64,000 bases of DNA. Origin: an uncultured delta proteobacterium (lineage in GTDB: Bacteria > Myxococcota > Kuafuiibacteriia > Kuafuiibacteriales > Kuafuiibacteriaceae). Below, piece after piece: positions 20,196 to 30,038 of this stretch. The DNA lies in contig CAWDML010000009.1 in assembly GCA_963803435.1 (NCBI GenBank), forward strand, positions 672,001 to 736,000. The letters run 5' to 3'. The position numbers and the translations under genes are program-made. The stretch's first letter is position 1. Each line of letters opens with the position of its first letter. A model generated the notes under the pieces. That model was not told the origin of the DNA. It saw only the letters and a program-made list of their open reading frames with translations, and did no database searches.

Positions 20196-20679
20196 GATAC
20201 TGATCCAGCATCTTCTGGATCTGATCCCGATCGAAGATCTCGATCGGTGCATCCTGGGCCTCGAGATGGGCGTCCGGGGTGAACGTGCCGGTGGTGAACA
20301 GCAGCCCCTTGCTCACGTAGGCGCTGCGGACCGCGCGGATGAAGGTGCCGATCATCTGGCCGTTCACCTTCCCGGTCAGCGTCGGCGCCGTCAGGCAGTG
20401 CACCAGCACCTTGCCGCCGGTGACCGGCGTGGGATTCACCGCGTAGATCTCGATGATCTCGTTCTTGCCGCCCTGCATCCGATCGATCTCGAGGCCCATC
20501 TTGTCGAGGATCGACGCGATCAGAGACGCCAGCTGCTCGGCGTCGAGCTCGACCAGCTCGGAGCCGCCCGACTCCTTCTTGAGATCCACGGGTGGAGGCC
20601 TGGGCGCAGTGATGGCGATGAGCAGGATCAGCACGAAGCCCAAGCCGATCGCACCCAGAAAGAGGAAGATGACGGCCAC
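20188..20679 (-). CDS. Membrane-anchored Mrr-like (restriction endonuclease fold) protein, catalytic motif degenerate
   Basis: N-terminal TM; Mrr_cat-like KGLLFTTGTFTPDA..IEIFD; the usual D..QCK appears as E..HCL. Confidence 0.75.
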   Translation of the reverse strand: MAVIFLFLGAIGLGFVLILLIAITAPRPPPVDLKKESGGSELVELDAEQLASLIASILDKMGLEIDRMQGGKNEIIEIYAVNPTPVTGGKVLVHCLTAPTLTGKVNGQMIGTFIRAVRSAYVSKGLLFTTGTFTPDAHLEAQDAPIEIFDRDQIQKMLDQYLT

Positions 20680-20683
20680 GGCG

Positions 20684-21013
20684 CTACAACGCCTGCTTCA
20701 GCATGTCCTCGAGATGTTTCTTCGGGACGGCGCCCATCACCTGGTTCACCGGCTCCCCGCCCTTGAAGATGAGCACGGTGGGGATGCTGTTGATGTGATA
20801 CCGCTGCGCGATCGAGGGGAAGTCATCGATGTTGACCTTGCCCACCTTGGCCTTGCCCTCGTACTCGCTCGCCAGCTGCTCGACCGCCGGCGCGATCATC
20901 CGGCAGGGCGCGCACCAGGGGGCCCAGAAGTCGACGAGGACCGGGACCTCCGACTTGAGGACCTCCGCATCGAAGGAGACGTCTTGGAACTCGTGCACGT
21001 TCTTGGAAGCCAT
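20684..21013 (-). CDS. trxA: Thioredoxin
   Basis: VLVDFWAPWCAPCRMIAP, SIPT. Confidence 0.95.
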   Translation of the reverse strand: MASKNVHEFQDVSFDAEVLKSEVPVLVDFWAPWCAPCRMIAPAVEQLASEYEGKAKVGKVNIDDFPSIAQRYHINSIPTVLIFKGGEPVNQVMGAVPKKHLEDMLKQAL

Positions 21014-21157
21014 GGGCGTACTCATCCTTTCATCGGTCGAACGTTCTCGTCCATGCACCGATTCCCCGACTTTCCGCCGGGACTCGCCGCGCTATACCAG
21101 AGCGCGATTCGACTGTCCTGGAGTTTCGGGGTTTTGGTACAATCCCTCCGATTCTCA

Positions 21158-21481
21158 ATGGCCACGCTGCACAACCGGATGTTCATCGCCCAGTCGACCC
21201 TCGAGAGCTGGGTCGACTCCGGTACGGTGGATGTCGGCAAGGATACGGTCCACCTGCACAACGTCCGCCGCACCTATCGGATCGAGCCTGCGGTACGATT
21301 CCTGGCGACGATCGAAGGCGCGGCCACGGAGCTCGTCGGCAAGGTGCTGACGGAGCGACGGGTCGGCGAGCTCGGAGGTGAGCTGATGGGCGACTCGGTG
21401 ATCTTCGGAGACTCGGCCTTTCAGGTCGAGGCCGGCTACATCGGAACACTCCAACGCGAGGGCGTGAGCGTGGAAGAGTAA
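21158..21481 (+). CDS. Conserved hypothetical protein
   Basis: MATLHNRMFIAQSTLESWV...; stop overlaps the ccsA start. Confidence 0.75.
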   Translation: MATLHNRMFIAQSTLESWVDSGTVDVGKDTVHLHNVRRTYRIEPAVRFLATIEGAATELVGKVLTERRVGELGGELMGDSVIFGDSAFQVEAGYIGTLQREGVSVEE

Positions 21482-22317
21482 TGGCTCTCCTTCTGCTCAA
21501 GGTTTGCGCCGTCTTCTACGGCCTGGTCGCCGTCTGGGGGATCGTGCAGCTCATCTGGCCGCGCGAGAGCGGCGACCGCGTCATCGTCGTCGGGCTCTCC
21601 ATCGCGGCCTCCGCACATCTGGTGGCCATCGGCGCGCGCGCCGTGGAGATCGGCTCCTTTCCCATGGCCAGCTTCCACGACGGCCTCTCCATGTTCGGCC
21701 TCCTCGCGGCGGTCATGGCGGTGGTGATCGCGTGGAAGAGCGGCGTCCCGCAGGTCGGTCCGCTGGCCAGCATCCTCGTCTCTGTCCTGGTGGTCATCGC
21801 GATCCTGATGAAGCCGGCCGACGAGGTCCCCGAGGCGCTGCGCTCCGGCTGGCTGCCGATCCACATCGCGGTGGCGTTCCTCGGTGACGCCGCCTTCGCG
21901 GTCGCCGGCATCGTCTCGCTCGTCTATCTGATCCAGGAGCGCCGGCTCAAAGCGAAAAAGAAGAAGCTCCATCGCTCTGGCACCGGCCTGCACAAGCTGC
22001 CGGCCCTCGAGATCCTCGACAGCGTCAGCGTCCGCCTGATCCAGTTCGGCTTTCCGATGATGACGCTCGCGATCCTCTCGGGCGCGGTCTATCAGAACAA
22101 CATCTACGGCACCCTGTGGCAGTGGGATCCGCGGAACACGATCAGCCTCCTGGTCTGGCTGCTCTACGCGCTCCTCCTGCACTTCCGGGTCACGATCGGC
22201 TGGCGCGGGCGGAAGGCCGCGGTGCTGACGCTGGTCGGCGTGGTGGTGACGCTCATCGCCTTCGTGGGGCTGGGCGCGATCGGCGTGGGGGCGCACGGCA
22301 AGGAATACGTGTCGTGA
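21481..22317 (+). CDS. ccsA: Cytochrome c assembly protein CcsA/HemX family
   Basis: Multiple TM helices, WLPIH, WQWDPR (WWD-like) motif; directly upstream of hemA. Confidence 0.85.
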   Translation: MALLLLKVCAVFYGLVAVWGIVQLIWPRESGDRVIVVGLSIAASAHLVAIGARAVEIGSFPMASFHDGLSMFGLLAAVMAVVIAWKSGVPQVGPLASILVSVLVVIAILMKPADEVPEALRSGWLPIHIAVAFLGDAAFAVAGIVSLVYLIQERRLKAKKKKLHRSGTGLHKLPALEILDSVSVRLIQFGFPMMTLAILSGAVYQNNIYGTLWQWDPRNTISLLVWLLYALLLHFRVTIGWRGRKAAVLTLVGVVVTLIAFVGLGAIGVGAHGKEYVS

Positions 22318-23669
22318 GACTGGTCGTCATTGGCTTGTCGCACCGGACGGCTCCCATCGAGCTCCGCGAGCGCTTCGCCAAGCACACCAAGGACCTCCCG
22401 GCCGCGCTCCCCGACCTCTTACGCCTCGAGTTCATCCAGGAGGCCTGCGTCGTCTCCACCTGCAACCGGGTCGAGTTCTACGTCGCCGGCACCACCGACC
22501 CCAAGACGATCGCGCGCAGCCTCCGCACCCACATCCAGAGCTTCTCCGGCCTCCCGCCCGAGGAGCTCGATCCGCACTTGTACCAGCACCTCGGCGACGA
22601 GGGCCTCAAGCACCTGTTCCGCGTCTCCGCTTCCCTCGACTCGATGGTCCTGGGCGAGCCGCAGATCCTCGGCCAGGTGAAGGAGGCCTACCGTGTCTGC
22701 ATCGAGGTCGGTACCAACGGCCCTCAGCTCGATCGCGCCTTCCAGCGCGCCTTCAACATCGCGAAGCGCATCCGCACCGAGACCGGGATCGCGGAGAACG
22801 CCGTCAGCATGAGCTTCGCCGCCGTCGAGCTGGGCCGCGAGATCTTCGACTCGCTCGAGGGCAAGGAGGTCCTGCTCCTCGGCGCCGGCAAGATGGGGAC
22901 GCTGGCCGCCAAGCACCTGATGGCCTACGGCGTCTCCCAGGTCCGCGTCGCCAGCCGCACGCTCGCCACCGCGCAGAAGCTGGCCGAGGAGATCGGCGGT
23001 CTCCCCTCCAGCCTCGCCGATCTGCCGGTCCTCCTCCACCAGGCCGACATCGTGATCTGCTCGACGGCCGCGCCCACCTACGTCGTGGACAAGCGGTTGA
23101 TGAAGAAGGTGGTGCGCGAGCGACGTTATCGCCCGATCCTCTTCGTCGACATCGCCGTCCCTCGCGACGTCGATCCTGCAGTCGCCCAGCTCGACAACGT
23201 CTTCGTCTACGACGTCGACGATCTCGAGGCCGTCCTCGAGCTCAACCGCGAGAGTCGCGCCAGCGAGGCCGCCGCCGCCGAGAAGCTGGTCGCGGATGAG
23301 CTCGAGAACTACCTGCGCTGGTCGAAGTCGCAGCAGGTGGTGCCGGTGATCAAGGCGTTGCGCGCGCACGCGTCGCAGATCGCCGAGCTCGAGGTCCAGC
23401 GTACGCTCCAGAACGTCAAGGAGCCGGACAAGAAGACCCTCCAGAGCGTCAAGGCCATGGGCAACGCGATCGTCAACAAGATGCTCCATCCGGTGCTCAC
23501 GCGCCTCAAGCAGGAGGGCGCTCACGGCGATCCGCAGGTGTTGATCGATGCGCTGGTGGCGCTGTTCGAGCTGGACGTCGCCGCGCATGAAGTCCCCGCC
23601 GAGTCCCGAGCGGCGGAGGAGCCCGACGCCGGCAACGTCGTCCAGTTTCCCCAGCGCGACCAAGGTTGA
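22314..23669 (+). CDS. hemA: Glutamyl-tRNA reductase
   Basis: GLSHRTAP, STCNRVE, SLDSMVLGEPQILGQVK, GAGKM, DIAVPRD. Confidence 0.97.
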   Translation: MRLVVIGLSHRTAPIELRERFAKHTKDLPAALPDLLRLEFIQEACVVSTCNRVEFYVAGTTDPKTIARSLRTHIQSFSGLPPEELDPHLYQHLGDEGLKHLFRVSASLDSMVLGEPQILGQVKEAYRVCIEVGTNGPQLDRAFQRAFNIAKRIRTETGIAENAVSMSFAAVELGREIFDSLEGKEVLLLGAGKMGTLAAKHLMAYGVSQVRVASRTLATAQKLAEEIGGLPSSLADLPVLLHQADIVICSTAAPTYVVDKRLMKKVVRERRYRPILFVDIAVPRDVDPAVAQLDNVFVYDVDDLEAVLELNRESRASEAAAAEKLVADELENYLRWSKSQQVVPVIKALRAHASQIAELEVQRTLQNVKEPDKKTLQSVKAMGNAIVNKMLHPVLTRLKQEGAHGDPQVLIDALVALFELDVAAHEVPAESRAAEEPDAGNVVQFPQRDQG

Positions 23670-23678
23670 TCCTCGAAG

Positions 23679-24596
23679 ATGAAGCTCACCATCGCCACCC
23701 GAAAGAGCCCGCTCGCCCTCTGGCAGGCCGAGCACGTGGCCCAGCTGCTGAAGGATCAGGGCGGCGTCGAGGTCTCTCTGCTGGAGATGACGACCCGCGG
23801 CGACAAGATCCTGGATCAGGCCCTGTCCAAGGTCGGCGGCAAGGATCTCTTCGTGAAGGAGATCGAGCATGCGCTGATCGAGCGGACCGCACAGGTCGCC
23901 GTGCACTCGCTCAAGGACATGCCGACGCTCCTCCCCGAGGGCCTCGCCATCACCGCCTATCCCCCGCGCGAGGATCCGAGGGATGCCCTCGTGTCCGGCG
24001 GGCGGTACACGCTCGGGACGCTCCCCGAGGGCGCGAAGGTCGGCACCTGTTCGCTCCGGCGGGCGGCTCAGCTCCTGCACCGGCGCCCCGATCTGGAGAT
24101 CGTCCCCATCCGGGGCAACGTGCAGACGCGCCTCCGCAAGATGAAGGAGGAGCGGATGGACGCCACCGTCCTCGCCTACGCGGGCCTCCTCCGGCTCGGC
24201 ATGAAGGACCTCGCCAGCGAGATCCTCGATCCTTCGGTCTCCCTCCCGGCGATCGGCCAGGGCATCCTGGCCGTCGAGACGCGCACCGACGACGCGGCCA
24301 CCAACGTCCGCGTGGCGAAGCTCGACGATCCCGCCTCGCGCGCCGCAGCGGTCTGCGAGCGCGCCTTCCTCCATCGGCTCGAAGGCGGCTGCCAGGTCCC
24401 GATCGCGGGCCACGCCAAGCTCGAGGGTGATCGGATCATCCTCGCCGGGCTCGTCGCGTCTCTCGATGGCCGGCAGGTGATCCAGGACGTGGAGGAGGGC
24501 CCGCTGGCCGAGGCCGCGGAGATCGGCCTCTCGCTGGCGGAGCAGCTCCTCGCCGCCGGCGCCCGGAAGATCCTCGATGACCTCCAAAGCCGGTGA
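23679..24596 (+). CDS. hemC: Hydroxymethylbilane synthase
   Basis: IATRKSPLALWQA, AVHSLKDMP, RGNVQTRL, LEGGCQVP. Confidence 0.97.
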   Translation: MKLTIATRKSPLALWQAEHVAQLLKDQGGVEVSLLEMTTRGDKILDQALSKVGGKDLFVKEIEHALIERTAQVAVHSLKDMPTLLPEGLAITAYPPREDPRDALVSGGRYTLGTLPEGAKVGTCSLRRAAQLLHRRPDLEIVPIRGNVQTRLRKMKEERMDATVLAYAGLLRLGMKDLASEILDPSVSLPAIGQGILAVETRTDDAATNVRVAKLDDPASRAAAVCERAFLHRLEGGCQVPIAGHAKLEGDRIILAGLVASLDGRQVIQDVEEGPLAEAAEIGLSLAEQLLAAGARKILDDLQSR

Positions 24597-25341
24597 GCAC
24601 CGCCCGCTGACGGTGGTGGTCACGCGCGCGGTCCACCAGGCGGGCGCGCTCTCCCAGCTCCTCGCCCGGCGCGGCGTCCGCGTGATCGAGCTACCCACGA
24701 TCGCCGTCGCCGAGCCGCTCGACTGGGCCCCGTTCGATCGCGCGCTCGGCGAGATCGAGCGCTACCGCGCGGTGCTGATCGGCTCGAAGAACGCAGCCGA
24801 CGCGGTCGGCGCCCGGGGCTTTACCGTGCCCATCCCGGTCTGCGCCGTCGGCGGCAAGACGAAGAGGCACCTCGAGGCCCAGCCCGGCGTCTTCAGCGGT
24901 GAGCTCTTCCAGGCCGACGTCCAGCGCGCCGAGGGTATGGTCGACGCGCTCGATCGACGCTTCGGCCCGCTCCGCGGCGAGCGCTTCCTGTTCCTGCGTG
25001 CGCCCGAGGGTCGCGAGACGGCGATCGATCTTCTCGAGGCCGAGGGTGCGATCGTCGACGCGGTCGCCGCCTATCGGATCGTTGCGGCCGCACCCGCGAG
25101 CGCGGAGATGATCGCGTCGCTCGAGTCGGCCGACATCTTCACCTTCCTCTCAGGCGAGACCCTCGCGTGTTTCTTCGAGGTGGTGCCAGAGGCGAAGGCG
25201 CGCGCGCTCCTTCGAGCGGCCCGCGTCTATCTGATCGGGCCCGTCGCGCGCGCCAAGGCCGACGCGCTGTCGGTCCGGGTGGACGGGATCCCACCCGAGC
25301 CCACCGTGGAGTCCCTCGTGGCCCTTTTGACCGAGCCGTGA
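24577..25341 (+). CDS. hemD: Uroporphyrinogen-III synthase
   Basis: VVVTRA..QA, ELPTI, AVGGKT, IGPV; follows hemC. Confidence 0.88.
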   Translation: MTSKAGEHRPLTVVVTRAVHQAGALSQLLARRGVRVIELPTIAVAEPLDWAPFDRALGEIERYRAVLIGSKNAADAVGARGFTVPIPVCAVGGKTKRHLEAQPGVFSGELFQADVQRAEGMVDALDRRFGPLRGERFLFLRAPEGRETAIDLLEAEGAIVDAVAAYRIVAAAPASAEMIASLESADIFTFLSGETLACFFEVVPEAKARALLRAARVYLIGPVARAKADALSVRVDGIPPEPTVESLVALLTEP

Positions 25342-25464
25342 GCACAGGTTGACCCAAAGCGGCCCAACCTGATCCGGGCGACCGGACCGAGGGCCCTGGT
25401 CCGACGCTTGCCTAGAATCGACGTCGTGCGGCGTGCCTCTGTGCTCGCATTGCTCGATGCCACC

Positions 25465-26061
25465 ATGTCGGACCTTTGCGCCCGCGATGACGAGTCATCG
25501 GAGGCGCACACCGTCTTCGTCCCGGAAGAGGAGAGCTTCTCCGACGACATGACCGAGGTGAACCTCAATCTGGCCGGGGCCCTCGAGTCGGTGATGGAGG
25601 CAGAGACCGCCCTGGCGAAGCGCCCCTCGCCCCGTCACGGCGGTGCCGTGCCGGTGGACTTCGCGCGGGTCGAGATCAAGCCGGCGACGCTCCGCCAGCG
25701 GCCGCAGCTGCCGAGCGGGAGCTGGGCCGGCAATCTGGCGGAGCTGGTTCACCAGGAGTTCGACGCCGACGACGACCTGCCAGAGCTCGCCTCCGGGGAG
25801 TTTCTCTCCCTTCCTGCCACCGAGGATCTCACGCTGCCCGCGTATCGGTTCGGCCCGCGCTTCGCCTCCATGGTGCAGCCGACGGCGGTGCGGGTCGTGG
25901 TCGGCCGCCCAATCACGCCGTTGTCGGACGAGCGGCTCCCCGATCTTCGCCCGCACCCTAGGGGGCTGGTTTGGGTCGCATCGGCCCTGCTCCTCGGGGC
26001 TGCTACCATGCTCGCCGTATGGTCTTTCCGTCCGGATCTCCTCGCGCTCGCCGGGCTCTGA
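25465..26061 (+). CDS. Hypothetical protein with C-terminal TM helix
   Basis: Acidic, probably disordered ORF ending in LVWVASALLLGAATMLAVW; start uncertain (25408-25465). Confidence 0.55.
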   Translation: MSDLCARDDESSEAHTVFVPEEESFSDDMTEVNLNLAGALESVMEAETALAKRPSPRHGGAVPVDFARVEIKPATLRQRPQLPSGSWAGNLAELVHQEFDADDDLPELASGEFLSLPATEDLTLPAYRFGPRFASMVQPTAVRVVVGRPITPLSDERLPDLRPHPRGLVWVASALLLGAATMLAVWSFRPDLLALAGL

Positions 26062-26936
26062 TCCTGACCGGCCTGCTGTCGCTTTCGTGCGCCTCCCAGA
26101 AGACCAAGGAGGATCTCGCCGAGGATCGCTCGACGGAGGCAGAGCGCCTGCTGTTCTCCGCGAAGGCGTCGCTGGATCGGCTCGAGCCTGACGACGCCGA
26201 GGAGAAGCTGAAGCGCGCGCGCCGCGTGCTCCAAGACCCGGCCGCGGCGCACTGGCCGGATCACGACTTCCAGATGCAGGACCTCGCCACGAAGGAGGAG
26301 CGGCTCGGGACCGTCCGGGCCGAGGTGGCGCGGATCGCGCTGGAGAAGGCGGTGAAGGCCCAGACCGAGGCGCTCGAGGCCGTCGCGGTCAAGCTCGACC
26401 TGGCGCTGAAGCCGTTGCGCGCACAGGACGCCGCCGCGTACACGGCGTCCCAGATCGACGATGCCGGCGAGGCGCGCTCGAGCGTGATCGATCGGCTGAA
26501 GGAGGGCGCCGAGCTCGAGTCGCGGTCGCCGCCGTACCAGACGCTGGCCAAGAGCGTCGCGGAGCAGGTGAAGCAGGTGCCCGACGTGCTCCAGCGGGCG
26601 CAGCGCGCGGTCTCCTTCGCCGAGGGACCGCTTCGCGCGAGCCAGCATGCGCGCGTGCTGGTGGAGGAGGCCAAGTCCGAGGCCGATCCTGCGGAGAAGG
26701 TCGCCCGGTTGATCGAGGCCAAGGGCGAGCTCGATCGCTGCGCGACCTCCGCCGGTGAGGCCGCCCGCGAGCCCGCGCTGGCCAAGGTGCGCTTCGAGGA
26801 CGGCGGGCGGGCCACCACCCCGAAGACCCTGATCCAGAGCTGCCGGAAGCGTTCCAAGGCGCTGAAACGCCAGATCACGGCGCTCCGGAAGCGGCTCGAC
26901 AAGAAGAAGGCGAGACCCAAGAAGAAGAGGAAATGA
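26019..26936 (+). CDS. Helical coiled-coil lipoprotein
   Basis: Lipobox LSLSC; Ala/Glu/Lys-rich helices; basic tail. Confidence 0.7.
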   Translation: MVFPSGSPRARRALILTGLLSLSCASQKTKEDLAEDRSTEAERLLFSAKASLDRLEPDDAEEKLKRARRVLQDPAAAHWPDHDFQMQDLATKEERLGTVRAEVARIALEKAVKAQTEALEAVAVKLDLALKPLRAQDAAAYTASQIDDAGEARSSVIDRLKEGAELESRSPPYQTLAKSVAEQVKQVPDVLQRAQRAVSFAEGPLRASQHARVLVEEAKSEADPAEKVARLIEAKGELDRCATSAGEAAREPALAKVRFEDGGRATTPKTLIQSCRKRSKALKRQITALRKRLDKKKARPKKKRK

Positions 26937-26948
26937 TAGACGTCCGGG

Positions 26949-27923
26949 ATGGAATTCCCGTTCGTACGCATGCGCAGAATGCGTCGGACCGATGCGCTCC
27001 GGCGCATGGTCCGCGAGACCCATCTATCACCCGACAACCTGGTCCAGCCGCTCTTCGTGGTGCCGGGGAAGGACGTGAAGAAGCCGGTGGCGTCGATGCC
27101 CGGGGTGGCGCAGCTGTCGGTGGAGCACGCCGTCGCCGAGGCCGAGCGCGCCTGGAAGGCGAACGTGCCGGCGGTGCTCCTCTTCGGCATTCCGGACCAG
27201 AAGGACGCCGAGGGCTCGAGCTCGTGGGACGCGAACGGGATCGTCCAGCGCGCGTGCCGCGCCATCAAGGAGAGGCTCCCCGAGATGGTGGTGATCGGTG
27301 ACGTCTGCTTCTGCGAGTACACCAGCCACGGCCACTGCGGCGTGCTCGTCGATCACGACGTCGACAACGACAGCACGCTCGAGAACCTCGGCAAGCAGGT
27401 GGTCTCGCTGGCCGGCTCCGGCTGCGACATGATGGCGCCCAGCGGGATGATGGACGGAATGGTCGGCGCGATCCGCGAGTCGCTCGACGAGAACGGCTAC
27501 GACCAGCTCCCGATCATGAGCTACTCCGTCAAGTACGCCTCCGCGTTCTATGGGCCGTTCCGCGACGCCGCCGAGTCGGCGCCGAAGTTCGGTGATCGCC
27601 GCTCCTACCAGATGGATCCGGCCAACGCCCGGGAGGCCCTGCGCGAGGCCCAGCTCGACGTGGCGGAGGGCGCCGACATCCTGATGGTCAAGCCCGCGCT
27701 CCCTTGCCTCGATCTGATCCGGGACCTGCGCGAGCACTTCGAGCAGCCGCTGGCCGCGTACAACGTGAGCGGTGAGATGTCGATGGTGGAGCTGGCGGCC
27801 AAGGCGGGCTACGTCGATCGCCAGCGGACCATCATGGAGACGCTGATGAGCATCCGGCGCGCCGGTGCGGACATCGTCATCACGTACTGGGCGACCGAGG
27901 TCGCCGGTTGGCTCACCCCATGA
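26949..27923 (+). CDS. hemB: Porphobilinogen synthase (Zn-type)
   Basis: DVCFCEYTSHGHCG, SAFYGPFRDAA, MVKPA, AYNVSGE. Confidence 0.97.
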   Translation: MEFPFVRMRRMRRTDALRRMVRETHLSPDNLVQPLFVVPGKDVKKPVASMPGVAQLSVEHAVAEAERAWKANVPAVLLFGIPDQKDAEGSSSWDANGIVQRACRAIKERLPEMVVIGDVCFCEYTSHGHCGVLVDHDVDNDSTLENLGKQVVSLAGSGCDMMAPSGMMDGMVGAIRESLDENGYDQLPIMSYSVKYASAFYGPFRDAAESAPKFGDRRSYQMDPANAREALREAQLDVAEGADILMVKPALPCLDLIRDLREHFEQPLAAYNVSGEMSMVELAAKAGYVDRQRTIMETLMSIRRAGADIVITYWATEVAGWLTP

Positions 27924-28120
27924 ACGACGAGTCCGAGGCCGTCCGCCCCGACGGACCCTACAAGGTGGTCGAGCTCACCACGGTCACGGACGAGAGCATC
28001 GAGGACGTGCTCAACGCGTGGACCGCCCAGGGCTATCGGCTGGACGGCATTCATTTCGCGGTCCGCGAGAGCAGCAAGCGCCCCTCGATGGCGTTCTTGA
28101 TCTTTACCCGCTCGTCCTGA
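27920..28120 (+). CDS. DUF4177-like small protein
   Basis: YKVVEL...LNAWTAQGYRL...FLIFTR pattern; ATGA overlap with hemB. Confidence 0.7.
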   Translation: MNDESEAVRPDGPYKVVELTTVTDESIEDVLNAWTAQGYRLDGIHFAVRESSKRPSMAFLIFTRSS

Positions 28121-28135
28121 GTACACTGACGTGCG

Positions 28136-28903
28136 TTGAAGCGGTTCTCGTCGGCGCTCTTCCTCTCCGACCTGCATCTCGGTTGGGTCCCGCTGGCCGC
28201 CAGCCACGCACGCCTGATCGAGCACCTCCCGGCGGCGGTCGGCGACTCTGAGCTGGTCGTGCTCAACGGCGACGTCATCGACGAGCACCGCGGCCGGCCT
28301 TCCTCGAGGGTGCGCGACCTGATCGCCCGTTTTTCGGAGCTGATCGGTCGCCTCCGGAAGGAGGGGCGTACGGTGGTCTACGTCGAGGGCAACCACGACG
28401 CGATGCACCTGGCGCGCGGCGACCTGGTCCCCGATCGATGGCGCTTCGAGTTCGAGGGCACGCGCGGTGAGCATGTCCGCGTGCTCCACGGCCACCGGTT
28501 CGACGACGGCTGGAAGGGCCCCGGTCCCTACGAGGACTACGGCCGCCGCTTCCTCCGCTTCGAGAACTGGGCCTACTCCAAGGCGCGCCTGCTTCGCGCG
28601 CTCTATCCGCACAGCTTCGGCTGGCTGGTCGGCGCGGTCGGCTGGCTCGAGGATCGCTTCTGGCGGCCCCGCTTCTACGACCTCGCCCGGCGGATGCAGG
28701 GGCTCGACGTCCTGGTCCACGGCCACTTCCACTTCGGCCCCGGCTCGGTGGCGCTCGGGGCGCTGTCGCTCCACAAGAGCGGCGCCTGGGTCTCGCATGG
28801 CCACCGCGGCACGGTGGATCGGATGCTCCGCTATCGCGACGGGACATTCGAGCGCATCACCCTCGAGGGGAGTCGCTGGGTGGTACCGACGGACGGCCGC
28901 TGA
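28136..28903 (+). CDS. Metallophosphoesterase (LpxH-like)
   Basis: SDLHLG, NGDVID, GNHD, HGH, GHFH motifs. Confidence 0.88.
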   Translation: MKRFSSALFLSDLHLGWVPLAASHARLIEHLPAAVGDSELVVLNGDVIDEHRGRPSSRVRDLIARFSELIGRLRKEGRTVVYVEGNHDAMHLARGDLVPDRWRFEFEGTRGEHVRVLHGHRFDDGWKGPGPYEDYGRRFLRFENWAYSKARLLRALYPHSFGWLVGAVGWLEDRFWRPRFYDLARRMQGLDVLVHGHFHFGPGSVALGALSLHKSGAWVSHGHRGTVDRMLRYRDGTFERITLEGSRWVVPTDGR

Positions 28904-28930
28904 GCGCCCCATTTGATCGGGGCGGGTGTC

Positions 28931-29428
28931 TCACCGCCCGCGCCGCTCGCGCCAGCGGCGCCGCAGCTCCTGCCGCTGATCCGGGGTGAGCCGCCGCCAG
29001 CGCTGGATCTTCTTCCTGAGCTCGCGCCGCTCGCCCGGAGGCAGGCTTCGCAGCCGCTCGACCTCCTCGCGGAACCGCTGGCGTTCCTCCGGAGTGAGCT
29101 TCTGGAACTCCCGGAGGTTGGCGCGCACGCGGGCCCGGCCCCGCGGATCGAGCTGCCGGTAGCGCAAGAGGGCGCCGCGGACCTGGGCGCGCTCGTCCGG
29201 CGTCATCGCGAAGAAGCGCTGGGCGGCTTCCCGGATCTTCTGCTGTTGATCCGGCGGCATCGCCTTGAAGCGCGCCAGCCGCTGCTCGAGCTCCGCGCGC
29301 TCGGCCGGCGTCAACCCTTCGATCTTTCGGATCGCCTCCGGGCTGGGTGAGGGCGAAGGCGATGGCGTTTGCGCGGACGCCGGGACGGGCAGGGCAACGA
29401 GCAGGGCCAACACGATCGCGCGCATCAT
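28931..29428 (-). CDS. DUF3106-like secreted Arg-rich helical repeat protein
   Basis: Signal peptide; repeats FKAMPPDQQ, FAMTPDER, FQKLTPEER, WRRLTPDQR. Confidence 0.8.
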   Translation of the reverse strand: MMRAIVLALLVALPVPASAQTPSPSPSPSPEAIRKIEGLTPAERAELEQRLARFKAMPPDQQQKIREAAQRFFAMTPDERAQVRGALLRYRQLDPRGRARVRANLREFQKLTPEERQRFREEVERLRSLPPGERRELRKKIQRWRRLTPDQRQELRRRWRERRGR

Positions 29429-29646
29429 TCGTCGTCCTCCTCTTCCTGCAGCATCGGCCAGAGCTCGACCATGTCCCAGACCTCCAGCAGGTCGAGGTTC
29501 TCCAGCAGGCTCAGGTTGCGCGCCAGCTCGAGATCCTCCGCGCTCAGGCTCGCGGTCGCGGTCGAGGTTGGCGCCGGCGGATCCGCGAAAGCGGGCCCCG
29601 CGGCCAGCGTGGAGCAGATGACGAGCGCCGCCGTGCATGCCTTCAT
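29425..29646 (-). CDS. Small secreted acidic protein
   Basis: Signal peptide (..GPAFA), Pro/Thr linker, AEDLELARNLSLLENLDLLE; ATGA overlaps on both sides. Confidence 0.75.
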   Translation of the reverse strand: MKACTAALVICSTLAAGPAFADPPAPTSTATASLSAEDLELARNLSLLENLDLLEVWDMVELWPMLQEEEDDE

Positions 29647-30038
29647 CCCGCATCATCCAGGGTCTCGATCAGCTCCAGATCGTCGAGGACGTCGAGGTCT
29701 TCGATCAGCTCGTAGTTCTCGTAGAGCTCCAGGTCCTCGGCGATGTCGAGCGCCTCGGCAGAGGCCAGCCCGGGAGCGGGCGCCTCGTAGCGCGGCCCCG
29801 AGAGCACCACGAACGCCAGCAGGCTCGCCGCGGCGGCGGCCGCACCGATCGACACCCGAGGCAGCGTGAAGATCTCGACGACGCTCTGCCACCAGGGACG
29901 ACGGGCATCGATCGCGTCGAGCCGCGCTCGCATCCGCGCGTCGAACCCGGGCGAGGGTTCGGCGTACGGGAGCGCTCCGATTCGCTCGAGGAGCGCCTTC
30001 GAGGCGGGATCGTCTTCGGGCTGCTTCGGATCGGTCAC
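29643..30038 (-). CDS. Putative anti-sigma factor (single TM, acidic extracytoplasmic tail)
   Basis: EPSPGFDARMRARL, TM helix, tail AEDLELYENYELIEDLDVLDDLELIE; overlaps the sigma stop. Confidence 0.8.
   Translation of the reverse strand: MTDPKQPEDDPASKALLERIGALPYAEPSPGFDARMRARLDAIDARRPWWQSVVEIFTLPRVSIGAAAAAASLLAFVVLSGPRYEAPAPGLASAEALDIAEDLELYENYELIEDLDVLDDLELIETLDDAG

Noticed and set aside
20188-20679. Active restriction or defence island around the Mrr-like gene
   Set aside because: Catalytic residues look degenerate and the neighbours are housekeeping genes.
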